A DNA stretch of 64,000 nucleotides from a bacterium (GTDB lineage Bacteria > Bacteroidota > Ignavibacteria > UBA10030): the NCBI GenBank assembly GCA_043803945.1, contig JAZDJN010000016.1, forward strand, positions 96,001 through 160,000, given 5' to 3'. Numbering within the stretch: position 1 is the first letter of the stretch; every line of letters begins with the position of its first letter. Positions 62,305 to 64,000 of this stretch are shown piece by piece. Position numbers and translations under genes: made by a program. Under the pieces are notes generated by a model. It made no database searches. It was given only the letters and a program-made list of their open reading frames with translations, and was not told where the DNA came from.

Positions 62305-63384
62305 ATGAAAACTGTCGGATTCACCGCTATTCTCCTCCTTCTTTTAATCCTCAATCTGGATTGTTCATCCTCAATTTACCGTGACGTCTACCCGACGCTC
62401 ATCGATGGCCGTTACGATTCTGAATTCCCTTATCGGCGCAGTTCAGATCAACTGCAACAAATAGCGGAAAGCGTCAAACGCATCTCTGTGCTCGCTCATT
62501 ATCGATGGTACTTCTTTAAACGCTCCGATCAGGTTCTCCTCTCCATGATCAATACCGATTTTCTTCAACAGCACAAACAGAACCTCCAGTATACCAATCC
62601 CTCGACGAGTGGAACCGCCCTTGTCGTCTATTCGAGAGATTCAAAGATCGCACTCCTCACCTGCGCCCATATTATTTCGTTCCCCGATAGTGTCGTAAGT
62701 TACTATCTTGATGAACATCAGAAACGGACCGAGCATATCAGAAGCATTGCATTCAAGGAAGAACAGTTGATTTATCTCAGTGACATCGGAGGCGGTACAC
62801 CGCTGCAAATTCTCGCAAATGATCCAATACACGATTTGGCGATTATCGGAAATCGATTGGATCGCGGATTTGCACTCAACATTCTCCCATTTCCTTACCC
62901 AATGGGAAGAGCACGGGAATTGGAATGGGGGTCATTTGTCTACCTTTTCGGATATCCTCACGGTTATAAGATGATTACAAAAGGTATCGTCAGCAATCCT
63001 AAAGGGCGATTGGATGGAACATTCTATGTCGATGCCGTACTCGCTCAGGGATCCAGCGGTGGTATCACACTTGCCATTCGTGACGGTGTGCCCAACTTCG
63101 AATTGGTGGGACTGGTCAAACTCGTTCCAGCTCAAAACTATTACGTTCTGACACCGCCAAAAACTCTCGAGAATGCCGAGTATGATCCCGTCGAACTCTA
63201 CAAGGGGGATATCGTAGTTGAGCAAAGAACGGATATTCAATACGGTATCGTTCAAATTATTTCATCGGAACGAATAGTCGATTTCCTTGAGTCCAATCGC
63301 GAACAGTTATTACGCAGGGGATTCAATCTGGATTCTTTTGCCGCACCGAGACAGATTCCATCAGATACACTCAAAGCTCGATGA
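62305..63384 (+). CDS. Trypsin-like serine protease (probable lipoprotein)
   Basis: LTCAHI, DLAII and GSSGG catalytic-triad contexts; N-terminal signal. Confidence 0.8.
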   Translation: MKTVGFTAILLLLLILNLDCSSSIYRDVYPTLIDGRYDSEFPYRRSSDQLQQIAESVKRISVLAHYRWYFFKRSDQVLLSMINTDFLQQHKQNLQYTNPSTSGTALVVYSRDSKIALLTCAHIISFPDSVVSYYLDEHQKRTEHIRSIAFKEEQLIYLSDIGGGTPLQILANDPIHDLAIIGNRLDRGFALNILPFPYPMGRARELEWGSFVYLFGYPHGYKMITKGIVSNPKGRLDGTFYVDAVLAQGSSGGITLAIRDGVPNFELVGLVKLVPAQNYYVLTPPKTLENAEYDPVELYKGDIVVEQRTDIQYGIVQIISSERIVDFLESNREQLLRRGFNLDSFAAPRQIPSDTLKAR

Positions 63385-64000
63385 CTTCAACCCCCTCACA
63401 TCATGGGGAACACCGATCCCCACAGGATCGTTTGCGCTGGATCGGACACCTGGATCTCGATTGCTTCTATGTCTCGGTTGAACGAATCAAGCATCAGGAA
63501 CTCCTTGGGTATCCTGTCGCTGTGGGGGGAAGCCCAACGGGAAGAGGTGTGATTGCCTCAGCCTCCTATGAGGCGCGAGCATTCGGTGTACACTCTGCCA
63601 TGCCTGCGGCCCATGCGCTTCGCCTTTGCCCTAACCTCATTCTTGTTCGCAGCCATTTTGAAGAGTACGAGGAGTATTCCGATAAACTTTATTCCCGCTT
63701 ACTCGACCTTGCGCCGATTGTCGAACGCGCGTCCATCGATGAATTTTATTTTGATCTCACCGGATGTGAAGCACTCTACCAGCATAACCTTGCTGGTTTT
63801 ATCAAACGCCTCCAGAAATTAGTCTGGAGCGATCTTACCCTTCCCTGCACCGTGGCACTCGCATCGAGCAAAGTGCTGGCAAAAATCGCCGCCGGTACAG
63901 TGAAACCGGCTGGAAACATCTGTATCGAACATTTTACGGAGAAAGAATTCCTTGCCGCTCTTTCCATCGATGTCATCCCGGGTGTTGGAAAAAAGACATC
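63381..64000 (+). CDS. dinB: DNA polymerase IV (partial, runs off the window)
   Basis: Hand translation: HLDLDCFYVSVE...PVAVGG...RGVIASASYEARAFGVHSAMP...SIDEF; ATG overlaps the previous TGA. Confidence 0.93.
   Translation, partial: MTSTPSHHGEHRSPQDRLRWIGHLDLDCFYVSVERIKHQELLGYPVAVGGSPTGRGVIASASYEARAFGVHSAMPAAHALRLCPNLILVRSHFEEYEEYSDKLYSRLLDLAPIVERASIDEFYFDLTGCEALYQHNLAGFIKRLQKLVWSDLTLPCTVALASSKVLAKIAAGTVKPAGNICIEHFTEKEFLAALSIDVIPGVGKKT

Overview
This is a 64-kb bacterial chromosomal segment. A T9SS-type C-terminal 'YQNYPNPFN' sorting domain and the gene content suggest an Ignavibacteria/Bacteroidota-Chlorobi-group organism (inference). It holds about 53 mostly housekeeping or metabolic CDSs: a plsA/plsR-like activase pair, tnaA-like lyase, trpB2, folD, glnA, an RND pump, queCDE, ispG, gap-pgk, uvrB, purM, valS and a partial dinB. 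No rRNA, tRNA, CRISPR array or reverse transcriptase was seen. The most striking signal is at 31.0-33.2 kb. A secreted caspase + FGE-sulfatase (C-type-lectin fold) gene ends in a DGR-type variable region. It is followed by two tandem, gene-less variable-region cassettes, each with its own stop codon and a perfect 15-bp hairpin. The two cassettes differ in the codon-position-1/2, adenine-centred pattern typical of diversity-generating retroelements. Other points of interest are nested palindromic mini-elements, two gene remnants, a degenerate GspE-like ATPase, a spirochete/glycosomal-type gap-pgk pair and two candidate structured RNAs. All assignments come from motif recognition by eye, without database searches.
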